Of a DNA stretch of 64,000 bases, positions 63,301-64,000 are shown piece after piece. The number at the start of each line of letters is the position of its first letter. Within the stretch, counting starts at the first letter, position 1. The notes below the pieces were generated by a model, which had not been told where the DNA came from, did no database searches, and was given only the letters and a program-made list of their open reading frames with translations. A program made the position numbers and the translations under genes. Source of the stretch: Lingula anatina (taxonomy: Eukaryota > Animalia > Brachiopoda); assembly GCA_051362555.1 (NCBI GenBank), contig CM120645.1, positions 12,276,001 through 12,340,000 on the forward strand, given 5' to 3'.

Positions 63301-63394
63301 TCTCTTTGGCAGTCACATTTTCCTTTTGTATAATGTCAAAGATATTCTGGTTGCTTTCCACTCGAGGCGACAGAGACACGCTCGATTCCGCCAT
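54341..63394 (-). CDS. RSBN1: Round spermatid basic protein 1-like (RSBN1/KDM9, DPY-21 family) histone demethylase, 6 coding exons, ~1204 aa
   Basis: Exons 63394-62973, 61920-61778, 58582-56182, 55566-55399, 55121-55013, 54712-54341 (3615 nt, phases consistent). Conserved segments [105 protein letters not shown]; His/Lys-rich N-terminal region. Confidence 0.92.
62217..62816. mobile_element. Foldback element / long-TIR MITE in RSBN1 intron 1
   Basis: Arms ~62217-62490 and ~62540-62816 are reverse complements (e.g. ggtacttttgtagtataccccccaccctgtaact / agttacagggtggggggtataccacaaaagtacc); ~50-bp spacer. Confidence 0.9.
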
Positions 63395-63631
63395 GATGGT
63401 TTTTAAACCTAAATTCCCCGGATATTGCCCAAAACCTAGTGAAAATAATAGCCTACCTCTGATTGGTTAAACTTTAGCTTGGACCTACGGACGTTTCCAA
63501 GTATTGACCAATGAACTTCAACCTCTGTCATAGACTCACGGCCAATGTGCGCGTGCGTTTTCCCGTTCGCGCTCACTTTGTGTGTGAAATAACCCTAGCA
63601 TCGGCTTGGAAACTCCTCCGATCGTGCAGTT
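63395..63631. promoter_or_regulatory. Bidirectional promoter between RSBN1-like and SET
   Basis: Only 237 bp between divergent ATGs. Three CCAAT boxes (ATTGG ~63462, CCAAT ~63509 and ~63543), NRF1-like TGCGCGTGCG ~63548, no TATA. Confidence 0.7.
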
Positions 63632-63880
63632 ATGGCCACAGATTCGGGGCCAGAGGCGAAGGTGGCCAAGCTCGATAGCTCAGAGGGTGGTGATTACGAT
63701 AACGACACTCAACGGTCCTTGGAAGACATCGACGCTTGTCAAAATGAGATAGATGCCCTCAACGAGAAGGCCAGCGAGGAAATTCTGCAGGTGGAACAGA
63801 AGTACAACAAGCTCAGGAAACCGCATTTTGAGACCCGCAATGCCCTGATACAGAAGATACCGAATTTTTGGGTCACTGCA
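63632..63880 (+). CDS. SET: SET/TAF-I (NAP family histone chaperone), first coding exon; gene continues beyond the window
   Basis: [57 protein letters not shown] matches the SET dimerisation helix; donor at 63881. Confidence 0.92.
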
Positions 63881-64000
63881 GTATCCTTTATCTGTTTTAT
63901 GTGAGATTTTCTCTCTAAATTAATGTTTTGCACAAAAAGAGTTAAAGCTGCAAAGTACATTTCTAGTCTTATACTGCTGAAAAACGTGCTAGGTTGAACA

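Overview
AT-rich, intron-rich animal genomic DNA; gene content suggests an invertebrate, probably a mollusc or other lophotrochozoan (inference). Splicing by hand with GT-AG sites and phase checks gives these gene models: (1) a complete 21-exon, ~1245-aa membrane-anchored VWDE-like gene (minus, 8889-25027); (2) the first two exons of a tandem paralog (minus, 4794-5185); (3) head-to-head with (1), a 7-exon ~236-aa secreted protein with a basic N-terminus, a coiled coil and a prokineticin/colipase-fold domain (plus, 27631-32356), plus a truncated stub of it at 6904; (4) an ankyrin-repeat gene (minus, 33775-38283, possibly starting at 47712); (5) an RSBN1/DPY-21-like histone demethylase gene (minus, 54341-63394); (6) head-to-head with it, SET/TAF-I (plus, from 63632), whose first intron has a U12-type donor. 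The rest contains a Tc1 relic, many MITEs, a foldback element, a higher-order tandem array and microsatellites. The most unusual signals are three diverged exon fragments carrying splice sites inside introns of their own genes (one inverted), and the tandem duplication of VWDE with the shared promoter region.
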